A stretch of DNA of 64,000 nt. Origin: Mayamaea pseudoterrestris (Eukaryota). Location: contig BROI01000016.1 in the NCBI GenBank assembly GCA_027923505.1, positions 124,001-188,000 on the forward strand, written 5' to 3'. Numbering within the stretch: position 1 is the first letter of the stretch; the number at the start of each line of letters is the position of its first letter. Positions 48,575 through 59,031 of this stretch are shown one piece after another. The notes beneath the pieces are model-generated. The model did not search any database. It had not been told where the DNA came from and saw only the letters and a list, made by a program, of their open reading frames with translations. Position numbers and translations under genes: made by a program.

Positions 48575-50389
48575 TTACAAGGCATTGCCAACTGTCGAAG
48601 TATAAGGTCCGTAAGTTGACACAATGAGCTGCTTGGCTTGCGCTTCGTCAATGTTCAACGCCTGGCGAGCGTAGTTTAGCGCGGCCTTTTCTCGTCGGCG
48701 CTCCTTCATGCGAGCAATCTTGTTTCGGACAATCTTGCGCCAGAAGGATCCGTCCTCGTTTGGTTGAATGACAGTAATACGACCGCCATTCGGGTCATGG
48801 TAAAAGAGAGATTGCTCGCGCTCCTCGAATCCTTCACACTCGTCCATACTATTTGGATCCGCATCAATGGCATCGAAGTTGATGAAACATTCCTCCGGCC
48901 CGGAATCCACCATGACTAGCACCTTGCCCAACAAGTCCTTGGCTGGTACGACTAGCCCAAGTGGCGCCAGAGTGGAAGAGTCGTATTCGAGCAGCATGCC
49001 CTTGAGCACGCCCAGTACTCGACCCGACGCTAGTCGCCACCACTTGCGCGTTTCCATAGTCACCACTTCGTCGGTAATCAAGCATAAATCCTGCGTTTCC
49101 GCCTCGCACACATATCCTTCATCACCAGCTTGTGGCTGATAAACTTTAAAGTAGTCGTCATGCTCGTATGCTTGGTCATCATGCGCGTATATGCCAACCT
49201 CATGACCAGAATCCTTGTAAGTGATAGTTGCATCCAGTCGCACCGATCCGCCCTTTTGATGGTCAATGGTGCAAATCTCAAAGCCGTCTTTGTTGCCTCG
49301 CAGTAGCCGACTCTGCTGTCGGCCGTCGCGACTAGTGCCCTTGCGAATGACGCTGGTTTGAACAAAGGTGCAGCTTCCGCGGTTCGGGTAGGGACCTTGC
49401 TCGCGCGGAATGGTTGGAAAGGAGATACTATCCTGGTAGTCTTGGCCCAAGTGAAAATGTCCACTGAACCATGCCTTGATACAGCGATGCGTGCGAACGA
49501 GTTCAATAAACTTGCGACACTTTTTATCGTCCGAGTGATTGAGCCAGCAACATCCATTGACAACGTGATTCTCCTGCAGCACGCGCAAGCCTGATCCATT
49601 GGGCGGCGCATGCGTGAACATGAATACTTTCCATCCGTCATCGGCTGGATGATCAATCAGAAACTGTTCAAACCATTCGAGCTGAGCGTCATCAATAATG
49701 ACTTCGTGCGACGTGTACGGCGCCCCTCGAAAGACGGTGCTGCAGAGCCCCACGAGTAGCGTCTTTTCCGCGACTTCTCGTACAAACTGCGGCGTTGGTT
49801 TCTTGTGCTTTTCCATGAATACCCGGCAATTGTCCGCGTCCGTGACAAACTCATCAATACCTTCCAAATCATGATTGCCGCCAATCACTTCGTATGGCAC
49901 GCCAAAACTGTTCAAATAACCGGCTGCAATCTCGTGACAAAGCGTCGTTCCGGCAAAGAGTTCCGTCGGCATGGCGGGATTATGTTCGCAGTTTTTGGAT
50001 TCTCCCAAGTCTCCCAGTGAGACTAGAGCGACATTGCCGTGCTTGCTCTTGGCTTCATTCAGTATTGGAAGCAGCTGTTGGCGCGCCGTTTCATAATCGT
50101 CCATTTTGCGAGGATCAATGTGCAAGTCTCCCAAGATTGCAACGCGAAAGGCTGTCGGATCGCCCTCGAGCGGTTCTAAATTAGGAAAGAGTCCTTGCGA
50201 CCAGTCGGATTCTAGTTGAATGGTAGAGTAGAGTCGGTAATGATGCTGTGATGGCTGAGGCGATGAGTGAAAAATAGATGCCCATGCCTTTCCTTGACTG
50301 CGGCTTTTAGTGTACTGAAAGGCATGACAGCTTCGAAAGCTCCTGATACTTAACGTATAAAGACTCATTGCAAGTCCAAGTCGTTTCAT
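48575..50389 (-). CDS. Calcineurin-like metallophosphoesterase, probably plastid-targeted
   Basis: GDLH, LGDLG, GNHD, FTHAP and GHFH motifs; ATG 50389 gives a signal-like peptide ending CHA-F followed by a transit-like segment. Confidence 0.85.
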   Translation of the reverse strand: MKRLGLAMSLYTLSIRSFRSCHAFQYTKSRSQGKAWASIFHSSPQPSQHHYRLYSTIQLESDWSQGLFPNLEPLEGDPTAFRVAILGDLHIDPRKMDDYETARQQLLPILNEAKSKHGNVALVSLGDLGESKNCEHNPAMPTELFAGTTLCHEIAAGYLNSFGVPYEVIGGNHDLEGIDEFVTDADNCRVFMEKHKKPTPQFVREVAEKTLLVGLCSTVFRGAPYTSHEVIIDDAQLEWFEQFLIDHPADDGWKVFMFTHAPPNGSGLRVLQENHVVNGCCWLNHSDDKKCRKFIELVRTHRCIKAWFSGHFHLGQDYQDSISFPTIPREQGPYPNRGSCTFVQTSVIRKGTSRDGRQQSRLLRGNKDGFEICTIDHQKGGSVRLDATITYKDSGHEVGIYAHDDQAYEHDDYFKVYQPQAGDEGYVCEAETQDLCLITDEVVTMETRKWWRLASGRVLGVLKGMLLEYDSSTLAPLGLVVPAKDLLGKVLVMVDSGPEECFINFDAIDADPNSMDECEGFEEREQSLFYHDPNGGRITVIQPNEDGSFWRKIVRNKIARMKERRREKAALNYARQALNIDEAQAKQLIVSTYGPYTSTVGNAL

Positions 50390-50504
50390 GTTGCTGCTGT
50401 TTATTGTCGAAAGGAGAGGCAAAGGCTTTCCTGGCGAACGAGTGAAGCTTGTCGCAAGGAGGTTGTGGTGCAAGCGTCGCTGCTCTTTGCGAAGGATCTT
50501 CAAG

Positions 50505-50810
50505 GCAGTGTCAAATACGTCATCAGGCAATAGTAGGAAACAAGTGCCAGTGTCAATTACGTCATAAGGCAATAGCGTGAAACAAAAGCCAGTGAAAACG
50601 ACGTCACAAGGCAATAATGTGAAACAAGTGCCAGTGATAACTGCGTCATTAGGCAATAGTGCGAAACGAGTGCCAGTGAAAACTACGTCACAAGACAAGT
50701 GTGCGAAACGAGTGCCAGTGAAAACTACGTCATTAGGCAATAGTACGAAACGAGTGCCAGTGTCAATTACGTCATAAGGCAATAGTACGAAACGAGTGCC
50801 AGTGTCAATT
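50505..50810. repeat. 42-bp minisatellite array, locus C (~7 units)
   Basis: Same unit and same order of variants as locus A. Confidence 0.93.
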
Positions 50811-50884
50811 TTGAAAATCAAAGTTTTTGGCACTACACTTAAGGTCATAGTACCTTGAAAATCTAAGTTTTTGGCACTACACTT
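50811..50884 (-). repeat. Companion 28-bp motif x2 (44-bp spacing), inverted relative to locus B
   Basis: TGAAAATC[A/T]AAGTTTTTGGCACTACACTT is the reverse complement of the 31866 motif. Confidence 0.8.
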
Positions 50885-52967
50885 TCGTTCACAGTCGAGA
50901 TGATTTCGCGTGGCGCGGCAGCTTTGACAACGATGAGAGATGACGAGAGACCATGGAGATGGTGCCGTCGCTAAGATGCCTATCGCGAGCGCTCACAAGG
51001 ATTACAGCCAATGCTATGGTAAATGCGGTAGATGGGTCATTTGCAAAGATGCGGAGCTAAAGTTATCAGCCAATGTAGGCATTATGGAGCAGTGAGCAAT
51101 AGAACCACATGAACAAACACACACGATCGCAAAACAATAGTAGCAAGAACATGAGCAAGAGGCTCTGGAGTCAAGGAAGATGCAATCAATATGTCAGAAA
51201 CGAGATTTATGCTACAATAATTTGCTTGAGTACTGGTTTGTGCACTATCCTCGCCGATTTGTATCTCACGGCACGGCATGTCAACAATAAGCATTCGGCA
51301 CGCTGCCACAGAATTACGGTCGAAGGGGCCTTTATGCTGTCAAATTGCTTGAGATTGGCGATACGAACATAAGGTTTCACCACAAACAGAGTAGAGACGT
51401 CTTGCATGCGTAGGATTGGCTGAAATGTCTTCTCGTACAATTTGCGATGAGACTCTGAGCTGCAACTGACTTTGCCATGGAAATGCCAACTGCAATCATC
51501 TGTCTTGACGACAAGTACACCTATTCACTGGATTTCACTGGCTCAACAAAGCGAGCTCGTTAATTGATGAGTACAACTTGCAACTCCTGACGAGACTTGA
51601 TCTATGTCAACCAATTTTTACCGATTCCAGAGCAGCAGATGAAGCACTCGGCGCTGAAATTTTGAAGTGAGTGGAATGTAAATGCGCTCGACAGCTCTCA
51701 TTGTAAACTTGACTTACGCAAACAGAATGCCGAGTTTCGAGTCATGTAAAAGTCTGGCAGTGAATCGTGGTTCTTGGATGTCGCGTTGAAACGGTCCAAT
51801 GCAAACGATGAGAAGGCGCTCTATCACAGTGCATGTACTCGAGATGCAAGCGGCATACTCGTACTATCTGAGACGGGACAGTACACTTGAACTTTATTCG
51901 ACAATTCACTCGACAAGGAGTAGTGCCATTGCCATATGGTTGGTCCGTTCCAACGAGGCGACTGGCGAGTCAAGGTCGGCAAGTATAGGAGCGAAGGAAC
52001 GGTTCAAATCCTTCGGTGGCACATAGCTTTACACCGTTACTATTGGCGCACAACGCGTACATCTAAATGGCATCACAATCGTTGTTCGTACCAGTGGCTA
52101 CTTTGGTCGGGTCTGCGGATCAAAATAGTTTGCCGAGTGCAGTGACAAGACGAATCTGCGCCCGCCGTCAAGGATGAACGAATTTTGCTTCCGCCAATGA
52201 TGCCTTTGTATGCGCTGCATTTCCTGCTAGCATTCAAAGCACTATTTTTTAGTGTCACCAAGGCGGTTAACAATTTGTTGCGTCGATAAAGTGCAACACA
52301 TTGGATTGAATGACGGTTTGTCGTGCCCAATACCTCGATGACATGACGCCCGAGCTCGGCAGACAAGTCGGCACCATTGCAATCAAAATTGGCAAACCAC
52401 AATGATATGCTTGCCAGGGTTTCTTTTCTGGCCGAGTCGTCTCAAATCGTGGCATGCGCCGCTTCAACATTGCTCTCACTGGAACCACACTTTCTTCAAT
52501 CGGATACAAATGATGGACAGGGACAGAAACGTGGCAAGTCTGTCACCACAGTCATGCGGAGGAAATGCAGTACATCAAGATGCCGAGTGAATGCCCATCC
52601 ATTGTCTACAATAAGTTGTTGCATATTGCATATTATGTTGAGTGCAAGGAATGTTTTCGTTTTCAAGCTAATGCATTTCCTTGCACTTTGCACCACCTTA
52701 ACTAACATCAATATCTTGAATGCTACTGCATCTCCATATGTCAAGTGCCAAGCGCGCCTCGTCTACTCGGTTGCGGTAGCATTGAAGCATAACGACAGAC
52801 TCACCGACATTAGCTAGATCGTTGCCGGAACGACACGCTCGATCTTCGTCCGCGATCCTTGCTGTGATGCCGACGAATCGACGATGGCCATCAAAGAGCA
52901 AGGTGCCGACCATCAAGCTGATTGCAAGAAGGCAACTATAGTAGACTCAACGAACGAAAACAACAAA

Positions 52968-53213
52968 ATGCCCTTCGTTCAAGTCACATGGCTTCCCAAA
53001 GCTTGTCGTAATGCTGCCGTTCGCCAGCAAGTCGCCGATGCCATCATCAAGGCCATGGTGTCTGTCGAAGGAGCCGACGTTTCCGCCGATAACCTCGTCG
53101 TACGATTCGCCGAGTCCGTCGACGGATTTCCGTTACCCAAGGGACATTCGGCGAATCCAGAGTTGCAAGGCGAAGTCAAAAAAGGCGCCGAGGCATTTTT
53201 GAAGGATCGATGA
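52968..53213 (+). CDS. Tautomerase superfamily (4-OT/MIF-like) small protein, 81 aa
   Basis: Met-Pro start (MPFVQVTW) and a beta-alpha-beta pattern (RQQVADAIIKAMV...DNLVVRFAE). Confidence 0.75.
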   Translation: MPFVQVTWLPKACRNAAVRQQVADAIIKAMVSVEGADVSADNLVVRFAESVDGFPLPKGHSANPELQGEVKKGAEAFLKDR

Positions 53214-53888
53214 ATGATGAACGAAGGAGGTGCAACGACGCAACGACGGGCAAAAGTAATTGACAAGTGTTGCACCAATATAAGAACCAGCGTTACTAGT
53301 CTTATTTAATGGAAGAGTATACTAATAGACTTGCTTTCTTCGATTGTTCCTTGCTTTTCCATGCAGCGATTGGAGGTTCACTGTGAAGCGCAGTCGCAGC
53401 TCCACTGCGTAATTTTGCGCTATTTTAAATCACGCCACATATGGATAGAGCTTTACCCGCAAGATCCTTGTATTGAAAGTTCCCTTTTTTGGTCGCTATT
53501 CAACCAAGAGTCAGAGGTCAGATGATGCTCGTTCGCCAGCAGCCAGCGGAGGAGATACTACGTCGAGAAAGGACATCAAGCTTTTGAATTTACCATCCCT
53601 CTTTTGAAATCTCATGTTAATTGCTATCTTGTTCATTGCTAGTGTCGTGCGATTGGAAAAGCAAGGTACGATAATATCATCGTAACAGTGAGCGTGATAT
53701 AGGGTCGCAGGTAGACGGATGAAAGCTAACGCGACGAGTACCGCTCCGATTCTTTTACTTAACGCCTCGCATCGCCGATTTTGCCAGGTCGACCTCTCGA
53801 TCGAACCTCCACCACAATGGCGGCACAGTCCAGTTCGACTCGTGGATTTCTCTTCCTCTACATATACTGAACCAGTAAGACATTTAAC

Positions 53889-55922
53889 ATGTCATCGAAT
53901 CGCTCCTTTGCATCCAGTCCATCTACTAGCGGGAGTCGACGTCCATCCTCGCCAAGAGCAGGAGCGTCATCATCGTCCGTCGCCAACGCTTCCGTAGCGA
54001 CTCGCTCGATTGTTGCTCACGCCGAGGATGTCTTGAGCGTCACCAGCGGCAGTGCGCATGACGCGAATGCCAGCAAAAGCAGTACTAGTCGCCAGCAGCA
54101 AGCCAAGCGTCGCTACGTACCAGAAGCAACTAGTACGACTGGAACATTGTTTGTCATTCTGCTCGCCTTTTTACTGTCAAGCATTACGGCAACCGTCGTA
54201 TTGAGCAACCATGCGTACAATTACACGGCGGCTCCTCATTGGATATTGGTCGGAAGTACGACTGCTACGTCTGCTTCCTTTCGCGTGAGAAACGCATTGC
54301 GGTTGGTAGTGAAACAAGAGGGCGACGACAATACACCAGTCTTTGACGCCGTGCTGAATCCAACCGATGAAGTCACGGATGGAACCTTGGCGCAAGCATC
54401 GGTCAGCAATTTGCAGCCAAGTACCACCTACTACTATGCCACCTTTGTCAACGAATTGAGCACGACGGCGCTGGATGCGGGGAGCTTTACGACTGCGCCG
54501 CGTGGATACGACTACCAAGACGACGACGTGGCGAACGCGGAAGCATCTTCGTCGACGCAGTCCACCCTTGCACCAAACGGCTTTCGCATTGCCGCTGCTG
54601 GATGCGCCTGGACTGGTTCGGCTTCCAGCGTCTTTACGGAAATTGCCAATGAACCAGACTTGATGATGCTGCTGCACTTGGGAGACTTGCATTACGAAGA
54701 CTTGACGACGACCGACATGAACACTCGCATTCAAGCGTACGACAAGGTCATGGCGAGTCCGACGCAGCGACGTTTGCTAAACACTGTTTCACTCGCCTAC
54801 ATGTATGACGATCACGACTTTCTTGGCAATGATTCGGGCGAAAATACCAGTAGCGTCGAGGCGCGAACGGCGGCCCTCCAGTCCTATCGACTCGGCATTC
54901 CGCACTATCCATTGGCGTCCTCATCTTTTAACGACACGCAACAAGCAACGGCGCAAATGGGCAATTACCAGGCGTTTACGCTTGGCAATGTACGCGTCAT
55001 CATGCCGGATTTGCGGTCCGAGTCAACGGCCAAACGCATCTACAGCGACGAGCAACGAGACTGGTTGTTTCGCGAGCTTGCACAGGCAGCGGCCAGTAAC
55101 TACGATTTTGTCATTTTAGTATCAACAAAGCCATGGGTTGGTGCAAAAGCGGAGGGAGAGGATAACTGGATGGGGCATGCCAAGGATCGTCGCGCATTGT
55201 CAGCCTACATATCTCAAGTATTTGCAAACAAGCAAAACTTGTTGATGATTAGTTCGGACGCACACATGCTGGCGTTTGACGATGGATCCAATACCTACTA
55301 CGGAGACGGTGGCGGCAGTTCCACTGGAGCGTATTCCTTTCCAATACTAATGTCGGGCCCACTTGACCGACTCGGCAGTGCCAAGGGCGGACCATTTTCG
55401 GACGGCTGCCACGCCGTTGAGTATGAACGCAACCACCAGTATTCTGTCATTGAGTATCAGCCGTCCGACGGCAGCGCCGATGGAACGGCTTGCCTGTTGA
55501 TTCGGGCATATAGCATTGACTACTTTGGTACAAAAAGCGTTGTATTTACAAAGCAACTCTGCGGCCAAATATTTCAGCCGAGCAATCCAGGTGTTGGTTC
55601 GTGTCAAGGCAGCGCACTGTCAAGAAATACGCAAGCCGTCCTTGGTTTGGCCGTGGCGCTGCTGCTGACTGTCGTTTTGCTGGAGACGTGCATCTTGGGC
55701 GACTCATGGCTGCATCGCTTGTGTCTGTTTTCGCTCGCTCTGGTCATGTTTGTCCTGACAGTCGTGGTGGGGTTGGTCATTCCTGTGACGGCTCTAGGAA
55801 TTGATCAGTTTGATACATTTGCTATTGCCATGATTGCCCTATTTCAAATCATTGTCGTTTCAATGTACTTGGCGTATCGAGTTTGTAAGGAACGCTGTGG
55901 GGCGAGCCGGCGACGCAAGTAG
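53889..55922 (+). CDS. phoD: PhoD-like alkaline phosphatase/phosphodiesterase, membrane-anchored
   Basis: FN3-like NLQPSTTYYY; AGCA, HLGDLHY, YDDHD, PDLRS, EQRDWL and SDAH motifs; one N-terminal and ~3 C-terminal TM segments. Confidence 0.85.
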   Translation: MSSNRSFASSPSTSGSRRPSSPRAGASSSSVANASVATRSIVAHAEDVLSVTSGSAHDANASKSSTSRQQQAKRRYVPEATSTTGTLFVILLAFLLSSITATVVLSNHAYNYTAAPHWILVGSTTATSASFRVRNALRLVVKQEGDDNTPVFDAVLNPTDEVTDGTLAQASVSNLQPSTTYYYATFVNELSTTALDAGSFTTAPRGYDYQDDDVANAEASSSTQSTLAPNGFRIAAAGCAWTGSASSVFTEIANEPDLMMLLHLGDLHYEDLTTTDMNTRIQAYDKVMASPTQRRLLNTVSLAYMYDDHDFLGNDSGENTSSVEARTAALQSYRLGIPHYPLASSSFNDTQQATAQMGNYQAFTLGNVRVIMPDLRSESTAKRIYSDEQRDWLFRELAQAAASNYDFVILVSTKPWVGAKAEGEDNWMGHAKDRRALSAYISQVFANKQNLLMISSDAHMLAFDDGSNTYYGDGGGSSTGAYSFPILMSGPLDRLGSAKGGPFSDGCHAVEYERNHQYSVIEYQPSDGSADGTACLLIRAYSIDYFGTKSVVFTKQLCGQIFQPSNPGVGSCQGSALSRNTQAVLGLAVALLLTVVLLETCILGDSWLHRLCLFSLALVMFVLTVVVGLVIPVTALGIDQFDTFAIAMIALFQIIVVSMYLAYRVCKERCGASRRRK

Positions 55923-56258
55923 CGTGCTCAGTGCTTGTGCAACAGGTGAATAGATTTGCTCGAGGTTTGGTTGCCGGAAATATTTGCAAACTAAGACAAC
56001 TTGTATAGCACCAAAGAGATAACGACTTGCAAACAGTTCGTAAAAAATGTAAAGCAACAAAGTCATATACACCATGGCTGATAGCTTAGGCCCAAACTTA
56101 TACTCGTAGCTCCAAAGGAAGCCAACTCTGTATACATATATCTCCAAACACAACTATATACTAAATTGCTTTAAGCAATTAACCATGCGTCATTATCCTT
56201 TTTATTTGAGCGATACACAGAGCGTGTTGCGCAGATTAAAATAAGTACTACATGGAGC

Positions 56259-57514
56259 TTACATTAGTGTAACTGCAATGGAAGCTAGCAGAGTTGCTGC
56301 TGCCACCGCAGAAATCCTCCCAACGCTTTGAGCTGACGATGTTTCCACATCGCTACCTTCTGCGTCCGTTTGGGTAGCTCCTACAGCTGGCAATCGTGCC
56401 AACATTTCGCTCGGGTTGGGAATTGGCACGTAACCAGTGGTCGCAACAATGTCCGCCCCATCCGACGAGAATCCAAATTGAATAAATGGTACCGTGTTTG
56501 CCAACGACTCTGGATCATCCAAAAGGTTCATGTAAATGGTTCTTGAGAGAGGGTTGTATGTTCCATCGACGACAGAGTCGGCGCCGGGCGTGACAAAGTC
56601 ACCCGCGTCGTTTTCAACGGCCGCCACGTACAGCTCAATGCCATTCTGGTAGTAGTAGGCATATCCAACATATCCGACAGCCGCTGGATTTGACTCTACG
56701 TATGAGACGGTTCCACCCGGGCCGTCGGGGTCGGCGTTGTACGTGTTGGCAAAGCCCTCGCCATTGTCCATGTCGGCGAATAGCTGTCGTAAGAAATGAG
56801 AGAAAGTCATGATTTTGAGTCTCAGTCGCAGCATCCAAACAACTGCATCGTGTACTTCCTTCGACGTACCGTTTCACTAAAATAATCAAAGGTGCCGTGC
56901 GTTTCATCTTGTCCAGCCGCCAAGATCTCCGTAGCTTCGCACGAAGCGTCAAGCTCAGACCAAAGATGCGTCGTCTCGTCTCCATCGGAATTCGCAATCG
57001 ACGCTGGATCCCATCCCGTCGCTTCGAGCTGGGAATCAGTGTAGTTGCTAAACATCCAGCGCAGCTGATCAATTGTCAATCCGTCCAGGACTTCAATGCA
57101 TGACGCAGCCGTTCCTCCTCCACTTGCGACGACGGAAATGCCATCGAGCGCCACATCAATTTGAATGACAGATCTTGACTCATCTCCAATGACGCAATCA
57201 TATGTGTAACCATCATCCTGTTGGGTTGCTTCCTCCTCTCGCCACTGCCGACTCATGTCGCCAATTTCCACCGTGGACGCACCATCCTCACCTGCTCCGC
57301 AGACTCGAGCTGCTCCGTTGCTTGAGCCATCATCATCAATGGGACTTATCTTGACGCCCGTGCACATGTCACTGTAGGCGGCCGCCCACGCCGTGGCAAT
57401 GGGATAGACGGTGCTTGATCCGGCAATGGAAAATCCAGACTTTCCGCACTGCTGAGCGGCAATGCTGTGCAAAGACGACGACAGGATGAGAAGAAGCAAG
57501 CTGTGATACTTCAT
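56259..57514 (-). CDS. pstS: PstS-family phosphate-binding protein with signal peptide and hydrophobic (GPI-like) C-terminus; intron 56784-56869
   Basis: IAGSSTVYP, GSSNG, IGDMSR, VALDGI, HGTFDYF, AVGYVGYAY and YNPLSRTIYM motifs. Confidence 0.88.
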
Positions 57515-58175
57515 GTTGAATCTTTGGAAGATCGTGTAAAGGCTGATGGAGTAGCTGCTGTCAATTTGATCTTGGCAGCAATTGGACAAAAGTGAGGAGA
57601 CGATGCTGCGCGGTGAGCCTTTATTGTGCCGGGAAAGATTCGACCAGATTCGTCGAATCAAAGATTTCGGCCCAATGGAACAATTTTAATCATGAATGAC
57701 TATGACATAAGCCTCCATCATATATGAAAATTGACGAACGGTCATTGTGAATACCAAACACGATTCACAACTTCATTCGCACATCGTACCGGTTATGGAG
57801 CTTTCGTCGGGCGAAATGGTGCATAATGCACCTGCTGGACTTTCCTCCATCGAAACGAAACGACTCGGAGTCATACGGCCCGTTGAACGCTGCTCTTATA
57901 TAGAGTATACGCAATACCATATTATATTGGAAGTATGGGAAGCAAATTTTCTCGGTCTGTTGACAGGAGCGGCATGGAAGCGCAGCCTGACGATGCGTAT
58001 TCTGCGACACTCGTTGAGTCTGAAAAAGCCAAAGGCTCCAAGCGCCATACTTTCAATGACCATGATGCTAAAGTCACATTGAAGCAGCTGATTGTAGAGG
58101 GTAATGGTCATTTTGGAGGGGACAATCATCTGAAATCAGCAGCAGTCAAGGACAGCCAGGAAGGAGAGCGAGACG

Positions 58176-58973
58176 ATGCAAATTCTGCATAGAACGGAGC
58201 CATTGAAGCTTTCACGCAAAACGCCCGTGACCATGACATTGCGAATGAGAGTGTCGAGGTTGAATGCGCCGAAGGTTACTCGAGAATTGCTGCAAAGGAA
58301 GGATTCGGTAGCTGGAGGTACTCCATACGACATTCCTGCCAAGATCGTTCATAATCCGGACGACACTGGCGCAGCTGATGGACAGCGACCAATTATTACG
58401 CAATCTGCCGCTGCGGTGACTCCAAGCGGCATGTCCCACAAACGAACGATTCAAAAGCGGAAACGAAAGCACATCAAGCAAAGTAAAGGCTCAAATATTT
58501 ACAGCGGTGGTCAAGACTGCGACGAACCATTGAGCAAGGAGCGGCGCATTGTAGGAGAGAACTTTAAACTGCCCCGAATGATTTCCATTTCAAACGAACG
58601 CAATTCGCAAATGAACGGCCTGCCAGTAGTTCCAATTGCTCCCTATGGTACTCACCAGCTTTGGAACCAATACCAAATTTTATTCTGTGGCATTCCCGCA
58701 ATAGGAACGATCAATCCCCTTGCTGTTGGAGGCGCAATGCAGAACAATTTCTACAGCCCAACATTCGCCGCCTGTAATGCGTTTGGCTTTCCGCTCCGAA
58801 TCAATCCGGTTGATACCCTAGTGGCATCTCGGCTACAGCAGATACAAATCAACTATCATATCATGGCACTACAGCAGCAACACCAGCAGCAGCAAAAAAC
58901 CTTGGCTCTTTATTTCACTGCTCGACATGAAACGACGAGTCGCCCTTCCAACGACAAGAACCGAGAAGCTTAA
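58176..58973 (+). CDS. Hypothetical protein with a basic NLS-like stretch and a Gln-rich C-terminus
   Basis: 265-aa ORF containing KRTIQKRKRK and QQQHQQQQ; 5' structure unclear. Confidence 0.4.
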   Translation: MQILHRTEPLKLSRKTPVTMTLRMRVSRLNAPKVTRELLQRKDSVAGGTPYDIPAKIVHNPDDTGAADGQRPIITQSAAAVTPSGMSHKRTIQKRKRKHIKQSKGSNIYSGGQDCDEPLSKERRIVGENFKLPRMISISNERNSQMNGLPVVPIAPYGTHQLWNQYQILFCGIPAIGTINPLAVGGAMQNNFYSPTFAACNAFGFPLRINPVDTLVASRLQQIQINYHIMALQQQHQQQQKTLALYFTARHETTSRPSNDKNREA

Positions 58974-59031
58974 CCCAAATGAATTGCATTTACAAGTGTC
59001 AGTACTTTTTATGTAAATATACCTGATATAT

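Noticed and set aside
50390..50848. N-terminal extension of the metallophosphoesterase ORF with a 14-aa repeat (DVIDTGTRFVLLPY)
   Set aside because: Read-through of the 42-bp array (a multiple of 3). The same frame has stops at locus A, and ATG 50389 gives a plausible targeting peptide.
26661..50884. CRISPR interpretation of the 42-bp and 28-bp repeats
   Set aside because: The 42-bp units are contiguous with no unique spacers; gaps between 28-bp motifs are short and partly homologous (ACTGTG); no cas genes; eukaryotic context
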